From an uncultured Clostridium sp. (lineage in GTDB: Bacteria > Bacillota > Clostridia > TANB77 > CAG-508): a stretch of DNA of 64,000 nt. The notes beneath the pieces were generated by a model. The model was not told the DNA's origin, did no database searches, and was given only the letters and a program-made list of their open reading frames with translations. Location: NCBI GenBank assembly GCA_946565805.1, contig CAMNWO010000005.1, positions 4,062 to 68,061 of the forward strand. Reading direction: 5' to 3'. A program made the translations under genes and the position numbers. Of the stretch, positions 18,937-27,862 are shown one piece after another (position 1 is the first letter of the stretch; each line of letters begins with the position of its first letter).

Positions 18937-19602
18937 TCATGATTGATAAACTAACAATGGCTTATTAATACTTTTTCCTCTTTGATAGACATTAATTTTA
19001 TCGCATAAACCTTCTTCTTCTAATTGTCTAATTTCTTCTACAAATACGTTATACATCTTTTCATGGTCTTTTTTTGAAATTCCTCTAGGTGAGTCTCCAG
19101 CTTCTAAAGCTCTTGCCTCTCTTTCATAGCAAGAAAGTCTATTTACAAAAATATCAGTTGCAAGCATATTAATAATTACTTTGTAACCAGCTTCTTTAAA
19201 GGCTTTTACAAATTCTATGTCACTCTTTCCTTTATTAAATACTTTTTCATTTAATATATTAATCTTGTGCTTTTGCAATTCTTTATAAATAAGAGGAGTA
19301 GCAGGTCTTACAAATTGTCTTGTTACATGATAACGTTCCTCTGGTAATAATTCTGTAAGTGCTTCTTCATAATGAGGATGAAATTCTGCAATTTTGTCAG
19401 ATCCTACAACAGTTGCTTTTTCTCCTCTTTCTTTTAATTGATTTTTTAAATACATCTCTACTCCACTTTTCCCTGCTCCTGGTCCAGCTACAATAAATGA
19501 AACTTCTGGATTTTTAGAACTTTTTGACGTTCCATAAATATACGTTAAAAATCGATTGACATTTTCTATAATGTCATTTTCAGTTAAATCAAATTTTCCC
19601 AT
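18937..19602 (-). CDS. zeta-toxin family kinase (core domain), ends at an in-frame TGA
   Basis: VAGPGAGKSG Walker A, VGSDKIAEFHPHYEEAL, GYKVIINMLATDIFVNRLSCYERE and INVYQRG align block-for-block with pSM19035 zeta as I recall it. Confidence 0.75.
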   Translation of the reverse strand: MGKFDLTENDIIENVNRFLTYIYGTSKSSKNPEVSFIVAGPGAGKSGVEMYLKNQLKERGEKATVVGSDKIAEFHPHYEEALTELLPEERYHVTRQFVRPATPLIYKELQKHKINILNEKVFNKGKSDIEFVKAFKEAGYKVIINMLATDIFVNRLSCYEREARALEAGDSPRGISKKDHEKMYNVFVEEIRQLEEEGLCDKINVYQRGKSINKPLLVYQS

Positions 19603-19603
19603 C

Positions 19604-19813
19604 TTACTTCTCCTCTTTTATTTCTTTTAAATATATTTCATATACTTTTTGAATTGTTTCTTCATCTAATTCATATAATTTTTCTTCTTCCTCTACTAAT
19701 TGTTGTAATTTTTCTTTGAAGCTTTCTAAATTAGTTTCTTTATTATTTCTAATAAAGTGTGCAATTTTTCTTTGCATAATATCGATTGCTAATTCTACTT
19801 TTAATTCATCCAT
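19604..19813 (-). CDS. small helical acidic protein, candidate epsilon-like antitoxin
   Basis: 69 aa counted from ATG 19813 (GGAGAG SD). It ends 1 nt before the zeta start, giving the antitoxin-then-toxin order. Confidence 0.45.
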   Translation of the reverse strand: MDELKVELAIDIMQRKIAHFIRNNKETNLESFKEKLQQLVEEEEKLYELDEETIQKVYEIYLKEIKEEK

Positions 19814-19824
19814 CTTCTTCTCTC

Positions 19825-20703
19825 CTATACCCATTCTTCTATTATACTTTTTGGTACTTCCAAATCACCGTATCCAACACCTAATTCAAGATTTTTCTTG
19901 TTCAATCCGTGATAATCACTACCACCACTTTTATATAATTTTTTCTTATGACACAATTCTACTAAATAGTTCGTTTGCTCTTCTGTAAAACAATTGTAAT
20001 AACATTCAATTCCATCAATTGCATAATTATCTACAATTCCAGTAATAAATTCTTCTTTGTTTTCGGCCCATTTGTAAATAAAAAGATGTGGTAAAAATAC
20101 AAGTCCACCAGCTTGTTTCACCATATTGATAGCTTCTGCTAAACTAGGATAGTCTTGACTTTTATCGATGAATAAGATGTGATTTGGATTAGCGCAATAT
20201 TTTTTAGTAAAGGTGGTAAAGTTTTCCCACATGTCTTCTGGTACTTTACTTTGATTTTCTTCATATTTTTTAAAATCGTTGTAAATTGTCAAACTAGCCC
20301 AGTCATTTTTAGGGTTCCAAACAATTTCTTCTTTTGGTGTTAATTTTAATCCCATTTTTAAGCACTTTTCATATAGACTATCTAAATACTTTCTTTGTAA
20401 ATTTTCTCTTGACTTGTCCTTATAAAATTCTTTCATTAATGCATTCATTTTTTCCGTATTGACTTTATAGCCAAGAATTTCTATATTTCTTTTTAAGTAA
20501 GAACATTTAATTTCAATTCCTGGTATAATTTTTCCATGAAATATATTTTTTACATTTATTTGTTTTAGTAATTCATAACTGTTACAATTGTCATGATCTG
20601 TAATTGCTATATATTCTAAGTTCATTTTCTCTGCTTTTTTTAATAGTTCTTCAACCGTATCTGTTCCATCTGAACAAGTTGTATGAATGTGTAAATCTAT
20701 CAT
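19825..20703 (-). CDS. PHP-domain metal-dependent phosphoesterase
   Basis: MIDLHIHTTCSDG, ITDHDN, GGSDYHG. Confidence 0.7.
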   Translation of the reverse strand: MIDLHIHTTCSDGTDTVEELLKKAEKMNLEYIAITDHDNCNSYELLKQINVKNIFHGKIIPGIEIKCSYLKRNIEILGYKVNTEKMNALMKEFYKDKSRENLQRKYLDSLYEKCLKMGLKLTPKEEIVWNPKNDWASLTIYNDFKKYEENQSKVPEDMWENFTTFTKKYCANPNHILFIDKSQDYPSLAEAINMVKQAGGLVFLPHLFIYKWAENKEEFITGIVDNYAIDGIECYYNCFTEEQTNYLVELCHKKKLYKSGGSDYHGLNKKNLELGVGYGDLEVPKSIIEEWV

Positions 20704-20838
20704 TTGTTTCCTCCTTTTTATAATCTCTATTTATATTGTACTACAAGGTTACAAAAAGTTACAAGTGAATTTTCAATTTCTTTACTTTTTCTTCAAAATA
20801 TGATAAAATAAAACAAATTTATTTGGGAGGTAAAACAA

Positions 20839-22374
20839 GTGAAAAATGAATTAATTTTAATCCTAGACTTTGGAGGACAATACAATCAATTAATTGCTAG
20901 ACGTGTTAGAGAATGTAATGTATATTCTGAAGTTGTACCTTACGATATTTCAATCGAAAAAATCAAAGAAAAAAATCCAAAAGGAATTATCTTTACAGGA
21001 GGACCTGCCAGTGTTTATGGTGAAGATGCTCCTCGATGTGCAGAAGGGATTTTTGAATTAGGAATACCAATCCTTGGTATTTGCTATGGTATGCAACTTA
21101 TGACCTATACTTTAGGCGGAAAAGTAGCTAGAGCTGATAAGCGTGAATATGGAACAACTGATGTTTCTATTAACAACTCTTCCCTTCTTTTTAAAGAATT
21201 TGAAACAACCAATGGTTTCTTAATGAGCCATACCGATTATGTAGAAACTGTTCCAGAAGGATTTCATAATATTGGCTCTACATCTTCTTGTCCAAATGCT
21301 GCAATGGAAAATCCAGAAAAGAAATTATATGGAATTCAATTTCATCCAGAAGTAAATAGTTCTATTAATGGCATTCAAGTCATTAAAAATTTCTTATTTA
21401 ATATTTGTAATTGTACAGGAGATTGGATTATTCGTTCTTTTGCACAAGAAAGTATTCAAAAATTAAAAGAAAAAATCGGAGATAAAAAAGCTTTATGTGC
21501 TTTATCTGGTGGTGTTGACTCTTCTGTTGCTGCTGTTTTACTTTCCAAAGCGATCGGAAAGAATTTAACTTGTATTTTCGTTGACCATGGACTTCTTCGT
21601 AAAAATGAAGGTGATGAAGTAGAAGAAATCTTTAGAAATCAATTTGACATCAATCTAATTCGCGTAAATGCTAAAGATAGATTTTTAGAAAAATTAGCTG
21701 GTGTAACAGACCCAGAAACAAAAAGAAAAATTATTGGTGAAGAATTTATTCGCGTATTTGAAGAAGAAGCTAAAAAAATTGGAACCGTTGATTTTTTAGT
21801 ACAAGGAACTATTTATCCAGATGTAATCGAAAGCGGATTAGGAAAAAGTTCTGTCATCAAAAGTCACCACAACGTAGGTGGATTACCTGACTATGTAGAT
21901 TTCAAAGAAATTGTAGAACCATTAAGAGACTTATTTAAAGACGAAGTTAGAAAAACAGGTTTAGAATTAGGAATTCCAGAAAATTTAGTCTATCGACAAC
22001 CATTCCCTGGACCTGGATTAGCTATCCGTGTAATTGGAGATATTACAGATGATAAACTAACCATATTAAAAGATGCAGATAGTATTTTCAGGGAGGAAAT
22101 TGCAAACGCAGGACTTCATAAAAATATTAATCAATACTTTGCTGTCCTTACCAATCTAAAATCTGTTGGTGTTATGGGAGACGAAAGAACTTATGACTAT
22201 ACCATTGCCCTTCGCGCCGTAGAAACAACCGACTTCATGACAGGTGTGTGGAGTAAAATACCTTATGAAATACTAGAAAAAGTATCTTCTCGTATTGTAA
22301 ACGAGGTAAATCATGTAAATAGAATAGTCTATGACATCACTTCAAAACCACCAGCAACCATTGAATGGGAGTAA
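20839..22374 (+). CDS. guaA: GMP synthase (glutamine-hydrolysing)
   Basis: GATase-1 domain (GICYGMQ), [10 protein letters not shown]-loop, C-terminal ...TIEWE; 511 aa. Confidence 0.96.
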   Translation: MKNELILILDFGGQYNQLIARRVRECNVYSEVVPYDISIEKIKEKNPKGIIFTGGPASVYGEDAPRCAEGIFELGIPILGICYGMQLMTYTLGGKVARADKREYGTTDVSINNSSLLFKEFETTNGFLMSHTDYVETVPEGFHNIGSTSSCPNAAMENPEKKLYGIQFHPEVNSSINGIQVIKNFLFNICNCTGDWIIRSFAQESIQKLKEKIGDKKALCALSGGVDSSVAAVLLSKAIGKNLTCIFVDHGLLRKNEGDEVEEIFRNQFDINLIRVNAKDRFLEKLAGVTDPETKRKIIGEEFIRVFEEEAKKIGTVDFLVQGTIYPDVIESGLGKSSVIKSHHNVGGLPDYVDFKEIVEPLRDLFKDEVRKTGLELGIPENLVYRQPFPGPGLAIRVIGDITDDKLTILKDADSIFREEIANAGLHKNINQYFAVLTNLKSVGVMGDERTYDYTIALRAVETTDFMTGVWSKIPYEILEKVSSRIVNEVNHVNRIVYDITSKPPATIEWE

Positions 22375-22560
22375 TTGGGGACGTTTCCTTTTGCTCCTTT
22401 TGGTGCATTTGGGGACACATCTTTTAAACTCAAACTAAAAAACTAAAAATAGTTATGCAAATTTTATAATATGTTGCATAACTATTTTTAGTTAAAGTAA
22501 TTTCTATTAAAGATGTGTCCCCAAATGCACCAAAAGGAGCAAAAGGAAACGTCCCCAATT
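22373..22560. repeat. GC-rich nested-palindrome intergenic element, family B
   Basis: Arms of ~54 nt (aattggggacgtttccttttgctccttttggtgcatttggggacacatctttta and its reverse complement) flank an inner perfect 16-bp hairpin (22445-22460 / 22474-22489). It fills the whole guaA/permease intergenic gap. Confidence 0.85.
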
Positions 22561-22564
22561 CTCC

Positions 22565-23662
22565 CTATTTTCTGTCGAAGATAGTTTTGAATACTCCTTG
22601 ATCGATTAAACTGGCAAATATATTTTTGAAGATAATTAGGACGATTGGTCCAATTAATAATCCTATAATTCCTATTATTTTAAATCCTGTATACATAGCA
22701 ATTAGTGTAAATATTGGATGTACACCTATGTTTTTGCTAACTAGTTTTGGCTCTAATATTTGTCTGGCAATTGACATGATAATAAGTAATACAAGAATAG
22801 CGATACCTAAGTTAATATCACCATTTAACGCACAGATAATGGCCCATGGTATCATAACTGTTCCTGATCCTAGAATAGGTAATGCATCGACAAATCCGAT
22901 GAACAATGCCATTAATAATGGATATTCTACCTGAAATCCCATAAACTGCAAAATATAGAGTCCTACTAATGATATAATAAAGGATACTAAAACTAGTGTA
23001 GCTTCAGCTTTTAAGTATCCTCCCAATGTTTGGATTAAGTCTTTTAGATGTTTTCCTATTTTTCTCACCCATATTTTAGGAAGATGATGTTCTACTTGGT
23101 CTAATATATAAATTTTATCAACACAAATGAAATACAAGGCAATTACTGTAATACCAATACAAATAGCAATGGATGGTAAGCTTGTTACGATATTAATTAA
23201 TCCTGTTAATGAATTTCTGAGCCAATTAGAGGCCGTTTCTAATAAATCCCCTGTTGAACTTTGAATTACATTTAATACTTCATCTGATACATGTATTTTG
23301 TCAAATTGAAAACTTTCTATGAACTTTTGAAATTGCATATAAGCTTTATCAAAGTAATTGTTTAGTCCTTGTAATAGACTAGAAGATTCCGAAAATAGTG
23401 TAATTAATATCCATGCTAAACTTCCTAGAATAATAGCAGATACGATTACAAATATAATAATAGAGCTCGTTCTTCTTGTTAGCTTTGTTTTCGCCATAAT
23501 ATATTTAATAGCTGGTTCTATCATAAGTGATATGACAAAAGCTACTAAAAAAGGCATATAAAATAGTGATAATTTTAAGGCTATATATAATCCTAATAAA
23601 AGTAATAGTACATAACTTATATTCTTGAAAACTCTTGTCCAATAAGATACATTAATTACCAT
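22565..23662 (-). CDS. AI-2E/PerM-like (UPF0118) permease
   Basis: 365-aa polytopic membrane protein with about 8 TM segments; size and layout are typical of YtvI/PerM-type transporters. No diagnostic motif checked. Confidence 0.45.
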   Translation of the reverse strand: MVINVSYWTRVFKNISYVLLLLLGLYIALKLSLFYMPFLVAFVISLMIEPAIKYIMAKTKLTRRTSSIIIFVIVSAIILGSLAWILITLFSESSSLLQGLNNYFDKAYMQFQKFIESFQFDKIHVSDEVLNVIQSSTGDLLETASNWLRNSLTGLINIVTSLPSIAICIGITVIALYFICVDKIYILDQVEHHLPKIWVRKIGKHLKDLIQTLGGYLKAEATLVLVSFIISLVGLYILQFMGFQVEYPLLMALFIGFVDALPILGSGTVMIPWAIICALNGDINLGIAILVLLIIMSIARQILEPKLVSKNIGVHPIFTLIAMYTGFKIIGIIGLLIGPIVLIIFKNIFASLIDQGVFKTIFDRK

Positions 23663-23731
23663 CTCTTTCCTCCCTATCTTATTGTATGTAAAAGAACGGA
23701 AATTATCCGTTCTTTACCTAATTATCTTATT

Positions 23732-24178
23732 TTATTCTGCATTTTTGTGCTCATTACAATTACAAATTCCTTCTATTGTTGTACAAACTTCTTGTACTCC
23801 TAAATCTCTTTCATTTTGTGCTAAATTTCCTAATGTTAGAATTCCAACTACTTTATTGTTTTGGTCGCATACTGGCAATCTTCTAATTTGATTTTGTGCC
23901 ATTTTACTTTGTGCATTTGTCATTTCATCATCTTCTTTACAAGTACACACATTACATGTCATAATATCACTAACTTGACAATTTTTAGTATCTTTTTCGC
24001 ATGCAACAGCACGGAGTAAAATATCTCTGTCTGTTACAATTCCACAAATACAGTTATTGTCGTCACAAACTGGTATACATCCTATATGATTTTCACTCAT
24101 TAATTTTGCTACTTGATTTAAGTTTGCATCTGGTTTTACACAACATACATCATTACACATACACTCTTTTACTTTCAT
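23732..24178 (-). CDS. CBS-pair domain protein, unusually Cys-rich
   Basis: Two CBS-like units (HIGCIPVCDDNN..GIVTDRDIL and IRRLPVCDQNNKVVGILTLGNL). GAAAGGTGG SD before ATG 24178. Confidence 0.65.
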   Translation of the reverse strand: MKVKECMCNDVCCVKPDANLNQVAKLMSENHIGCIPVCDDNNCICGIVTDRDILLRAVACEKDTKNCQVSDIMTCNVCTCKEDDEMTNAQSKMAQNQIRRLPVCDQNNKVVGILTLGNLAQNERDLGVQEVCTTIEGICNCNEHKNAE

Positions 24179-24280
24179 TGTTTTACCACCTTTCAAATTT
24201 TCTCAATTTTAGTTTTAACGAATTTTTAAAAATATATTCGTGAAAAAATGTTGAAAAATGGGAAATTTTTGAAAAAAACA

Positions 24281-24309
24281 TTGACTTTTACATAAAACAA
24301 TTCTATAAT
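24281..24309 (+). promoter_or_regulatory. near-consensus sigma-A promoter driving the orphan tRNA
   Basis: TTGACT (24281-24286), 17-nt spacer, TATAAT (24304-24309). Confidence 0.7.
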
Positions 24310-24337
24310 CATATTGTAAACTAATATGGTTTTGTTG

Positions 24338-24412
24338 GTCCCGACTAGCTTAACTGGCAAAGCAAATCTACTTTGGGTGGATTGGTTAGAGGTTCGAATC
24401 CTCATCGGGACA
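24338..24412 (+). tRNA. tRNA-like gene, anticodon UUG (Gln), with non-canonical features
   Basis: 7-bp acceptor GTCCCGA/TCGGGAC, anticodon stem ATCTA/TGGAT with loop CTTTGGG, T arm GAGG-TTCGAAT-CCTC, GG in the D loop. Deviations: C at position 8, A-A mismatches closing the D and T stems, no encoded CCA. Confidence 0.6.
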
Positions 24413-24442
24413 TTCTTACAGCACATGCTGTGAGAATGCGAA

Positions 24443-24486
24443 AAGTGGCCTTTCTAGACTTTTGTCTGGTGGGGTCACTTTTCCAT
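24443..24486 (+). terminator. terminator after the tRNA
   Basis: aaaagtggcc (24443-24452) / ggtcactttt (24473-24482) with inner ctagac/gtctgg pairing, followed by a T-run. Confidence 0.55.
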
Positions 24487-24510
24487 TATATAAAATATAT
24501 TATACACAAA

Positions 24511-25101
24511 TTACATTTCGTATAAATCCATATCACGAGGCATAATTGGTGGACGATGTCCTGGTCCTCCTGGCGGGAATGGTGGTCTCATTGGTGGCCT
24601 TGGTGGTGCAAATGGTGGACGATGCCCTGGCCTTCCAGGTCTTCCTAATAATTCTCTAATTAATAAAATTCGTATTAAGTCTTGTAATCCTCTGTTTCTA
24701 AATTGTCTATCTTCTCCTCGATTTTCTTTTATTTCTTCTTTTGAAATGCTAGAAGATTTCGTTGTTGTTCTTCCGTTTGTACTTCGATTTTCTACGTTTC
24801 CCCCTACTTCATTTGTTAAATTAATTGTAACATTTATCTCATTATCACTCTCAATTGACAAATAAATTTCATTGGTCAATTCATCGATTAAGTCTGGTGT
24901 GATAGGTCTATTGTTGTTGCTACAAGCTTTGCATATCATAGGATAGACAACTTTATAGATTTCAGGATAGCAATTTTCTATTTCTGCATTCTGGTCATTT
25001 CTTTCATAGTTTATTGCCATAGGTTGTTGCTGATAAGTAGTTCCATAATTGGGATATCCTAAAATGCTTCTTATGTAGTCTTCATATGTTTCATTGTACA
25101 T
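24511..25101 (-). CDS. hypothetical protein with a Pro/Arg/Gly-rich C-terminus
   Basis: 196-aa ORF; C-terminal GRPGRPGHRPPFAPPRPPMRPPFPPGGPGHRPP. Possibly spore- or envelope-associated, which is speculation. Confidence 0.45.
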   Translation of the reverse strand: MYNETYEDYIRSILGYPNYGTTYQQQPMAINYERNDQNAEIENCYPEIYKVVYPMICKACSNNNRPITPDLIDELTNEIYLSIESDNEINVTINLTNEVGGNVENRSTNGRTTTKSSSISKEEIKENRGEDRQFRNRGLQDLIRILLIRELLGRPGRPGHRPPFAPPRPPMRPPFPPGGPGHRPPIMPRDMDLYEM

Positions 25102-25179
25102 ATAATAACCTCCTTACTATTTGGTATATTATATGTACAAAATGAAATTGTGTGTAATTAAAAGTTTATATATTTTTAA

Positions 25180-26583
25180 TTAGATATCATTTACTAATTT
25201 TTTAAATTGATTTCCTCTATCAGCAAAGTCTTTAAACATATCAAAACTTGCGCTAGCAGGAGAAAATAGAACAACATTTCCTGGTTCTGCGGCTTTTCGT
25301 GCCAACGTTACGGTTTGTTCTAAACTCTCGCACATATAAATGTCTAATGTCTTATTTTGATTTTCTAATTCTTGTTTTACAACATCAAAGATTTTACCAG
25401 CAGTTTGACCAATTAATAGCAAAGCTTTCACTTTTTCTACTACTGTTTTAGCAAGTGGTTCATAATCTAAATTTTTATCATAACCACCAGCAATTAAAAC
25501 AATATCTTCTTCAAAAGCATTTAGTCCAGATAATGTTCTTGTAGGTGAAGAAGCCATTGAGTCATTATACCATTTTACATTATTTATTTCTCTTACAAAT
25601 TCAATTCTATGTTCTACTGGTTTAAACTCTTTAATTGCTTCTACTGCAACTTCTATCGACACCATGAATTTTGTTGCTGCTAATGCTGTTGTTATATTTT
25701 CTAAATTGTGTGCTCCTCTTAGGATAACTTCTTCCCCATTCAAAATATGTTTTCTTATTTTGTCTTCGCATTCTTTTATTACTTTACCATCTACAATAAA
25801 ACCATTATCTAATTTTTCCTTATGACTAAAGAAAATAACTTTTCCATTTGCTTGGTTAGCACAGTTTCTTGTTATTTCATTGTCATAATTTAAAACTAAA
25901 ATACCTTTTTCATTTTGATATTTAAAGATATTTTTCTTTGCTTCAATATATTCTTCATAATCTTTATGGATATTTAAATGATTTGGTGTTATATTAGTAA
26001 TAACCGAAATATCTGGACTAACTTCCATTCCCATTAGTTGAAAACTACTTAATTCTAATACTACCATATCTTCTGATTGCATTTCTGGTAATTTTGTGAA
26101 TAATGGTGTTCCAATGTTTCCTCCTAAATAAGTATGATAACCAGCTTTTTGCAAAATGCTATAAATCAAGCTAGTTGTTGTTGTTTTTCCATCACTACCT
26201 GTTACACCAATTATTTTGCAAGGACACATTTTCATTAACATTTCAATTTCTGTTGTGACAATGGCTCCCCTGCTTTCCTCTTGTTGTAACTCTGGTCTTG
26301 TTGGTAAACAACTAGGTGAACGGAAAATAATATCAAATCCTTTTAAATTTTCTAAACAATTTTTTCCTAAAACAAATTCAAATCCATAATTGGTTATTTT
26401 GTCCATTACTTGTTTTGGTATGGCTTCTATATTTCTTTCATCAAAAACAGTAACACGTGCTTTTTTTTCATACATATAGTCAAGCAATGGCAAATTACTA
26501 ACTCCTAATCCTATGATAGCCACTTTTCGAAATTTTATGTATTGATTAAATTCTTCTAATTTTTCATTCACAAAACTCATCAT
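25180..26583 (-). CDS. murD: UDP-N-acetylmuramoylalanine--D-glutamate ligase
   Basis: N-terminal Rossmann VAIIGLGVSN, GVTGSDGKTTTTS P-loop, Mur-ligase length (467 aa). Confidence 0.85.
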   Translation of the reverse strand: MMSFVNEKLEEFNQYIKFRKVAIIGLGVSNLPLLDYMYEKKARVTVFDERNIEAIPKQVMDKITNYGFEFVLGKNCLENLKGFDIIFRSPSCLPTRPELQQEESRGAIVTTEIEMLMKMCPCKIIGVTGSDGKTTTTSLIYSILQKAGYHTYLGGNIGTPLFTKLPEMQSEDMVVLELSSFQLMGMEVSPDISVITNITPNHLNIHKDYEEYIEAKKNIFKYQNEKGILVLNYDNEITRNCANQANGKVIFFSHKEKLDNGFIVDGKVIKECEDKIRKHILNGEEVILRGAHNLENITTALAATKFMVSIEVAVEAIKEFKPVEHRIEFVREINNVKWYNDSMASSPTRTLSGLNAFEEDIVLIAGGYDKNLDYEPLAKTVVEKVKALLLIGQTAGKIFDVVKQELENQNKTLDIYMCESLEQTVTLARKAAEPGNVVLFSPASASFDMFKDFADRGNQFKKLVNDI

Positions 26584-26738
26584 TTACCTCCAACTTATTA
26601 TATTCTTAATTTTATTTTTCGTTCTTACAAGATTTTTTCTTATTATATCGCAAATGTAAAAAAAAGACAAATTGATTTTCGTATATTTTTAAAATTTCTT
26701 GGCAAAAATATAATTGAAACTTGATTGGAGGTGCTTTT

Positions 26739-26843
26739 ATGTCAAAGAAAAATAAAGAAAACAAAAATAATAACAACAACAATAACAGAAACAACCAAAA
26801 CAATAACAATAACGAAAAACAAAACAATAATAACTGTAGATAG
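26739..26843 (+). CDS. 34-aa Asn-rich micro-ORF (MSKKNKENKNNNNNNNRNNQNNNNNEKQNNNNCR)
   Basis: GGAGG (26727-26731) lies 7 nt before ATG 26739; TAG at 26841-26843; a hairpin follows. Too short to appear in the ORF track. Confidence 0.45.
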   Translation: MSKKNKENKNNNNNNNRNNQNNNNNEKQNNNNCR

Positions 26844-26856
26844 TTTTTAAATCAAA

Positions 26857-26902
26857 AAGAACCTTCGCCTAGCTTTATGTTAGACTTAGGTTCTTAATTT
26901 TT
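26857..26902 (+). terminator. hairpin plus T-run after the micro-ORF
   Basis: aagaacct (26857-26864) / aggttctt (26888-26895) with partial inner pairing, then aattttt. Confidence 0.45.
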
Positions 26903-26905
26903 GCA

Positions 26906-27016
26906 AGTTGCCAGTTGCCATTGGTTCCGGGTTTAAATGGCAACTTGTTTATTGTTTATATTCAAAATTAAAGCTATGTTGCCATTTAAACCCGGAACCA
27001 ATGGCAACTGGCAACT
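26906..27016. repeat. GC-rich palindromic intergenic element, family C
   Basis: Arms agttgccagttgccattggttccgggtttaaatggcaac (26906-26944) and its reverse complement (26978-27016). Confidence 0.85.
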
Positions 27017-27036
27017 CAACAAGCTAGTGGCAGGTT

Positions 27037-27663
27037 TTATTTTGTTCCAAAGATTCTATCTCCTGCATCTCCCAATCCTGGTACAATATAGCCGATATCA
27101 TTTAGCTTTTCATCAAGTGCTGCTGTATATATTTTTACATCTGGATGTTCTTCTTCTAATTTTCGAACTCCTTCTGGTGCTGCGATTATACATAAAAATT
27201 TTATTTTTGTAACGCCATCTTCTTTTAACATCGTAATTGTATCGGTTGCAGAACCTCCAGTTGCAAGCATTGGATCCAATACAATTACTTCCCTATTGGA
27301 AATATCGCTTGGCATTTTATAATAATAGCGAACAGGTTTAAGTGTTTCTTCATTTCGGTATAAACCAACATGTCCTACTTTAGCATTTGGCATAGCTTTT
27401 ACTAATCCATCCAACATTCCTGTTCCTGCCCTTAGGATAGGAACAAAAGCATATTGATTTTCGTCTAATTTTTTTGCTTTTGTTTTTCCCATTGGTGTTT
27501 CAATTTCTACTTCTTTTAAAACAGCATCTTCCATAGCTTCATAGCATAAAAAAGTTGCTATTTCTCCAATGATTTCTCTAAATTCTTTCGTTCCTGTTTT
27601 CTTGCTTCTAATAATAGATAATTTGTGTTGTATTAATGGATTGTTTAAAATAATGGCATTCAT
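27037..27663 (-). CDS. upp: uracil phosphoribosyltransferase
   Basis: 208 aa; PRPP motif [14 protein letters not shown]; C-terminal [16 protein letters not shown]. Confidence 0.95.
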   Translation of the reverse strand: MNAIILNNPLIQHKLSIIRSKKTGTKEFREIIGEIATFLCYEAMEDAVLKEVEIETPMGKTKAKKLDENQYAFVPILRAGTGMLDGLVKAMPNAKVGHVGLYRNEETLKPVRYYYKMPSDISNREVIVLDPMLATGGSATDTITMLKEDGVTKIKFLCIIAAPEGVRKLEEEHPDVKIYTAALDEKLNDIGYIVPGLGDAGDRIFGTK

Positions 27664-27814
27664 TTTTATTCCTTCCTTCCTATCTTTCTTTTGCCAATAA
27701 AGATAGACCTTTTTGGCAATTTTTTCTCTAAGAAAAATATACTATATCTTTTAAAAATAGGCAATAGTTTTTATAAAATTGGATCAATTAATGTTCAAAG
27801 CAATTATACATGGA

Positions 27815-27853
27815 AAAACTCCTACAACCATATACTTTGGCCGTAGGAGTTTT
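27815..27853. terminator. bidirectional terminator
   Basis: aaaactcctac (27815-27825) / gtaggagtttt (27843-27853). Confidence 0.65.
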
Positions 27854-27862
27854 GGATATTAG

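Noticed and set aside
18937-18939. Alternative genetic code (UGA as a sense codon) as the explanation for the in-frame TGA in the zeta toxin.
   Set aside because: TGA terminates several well-supported genes here (for example the PRTase-like gene at 41934-41936 and the DHH gene at 29713-29715). The prfB autoregulatory site also relies on UGA being read as a stop.
20704-20838. Riboswitches or leader elements upstream of guaA (purine), the ECF folT-like operon (THF, 60562-60825), mgtC (M-box, 43387-43599), lysC (L-box, 1241-1322) and pyrC/upp (PyrR attenuators).
   Set aside because: I saw none of the conserved cores I know for these elements. The lysC leader is too short, and the folT-upstream region is occupied by the family B repeat. 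A covariance-model scan (Infernal/Rfam) would be the decisive test.
26612-26827. 71-aa minus-strand ORF (MFCFSLLLLFWLFLLLL...).
   Set aside because: It is the antisense translation of the A-rich Asn micro-ORF region. It has no SD and is pure low complexity.
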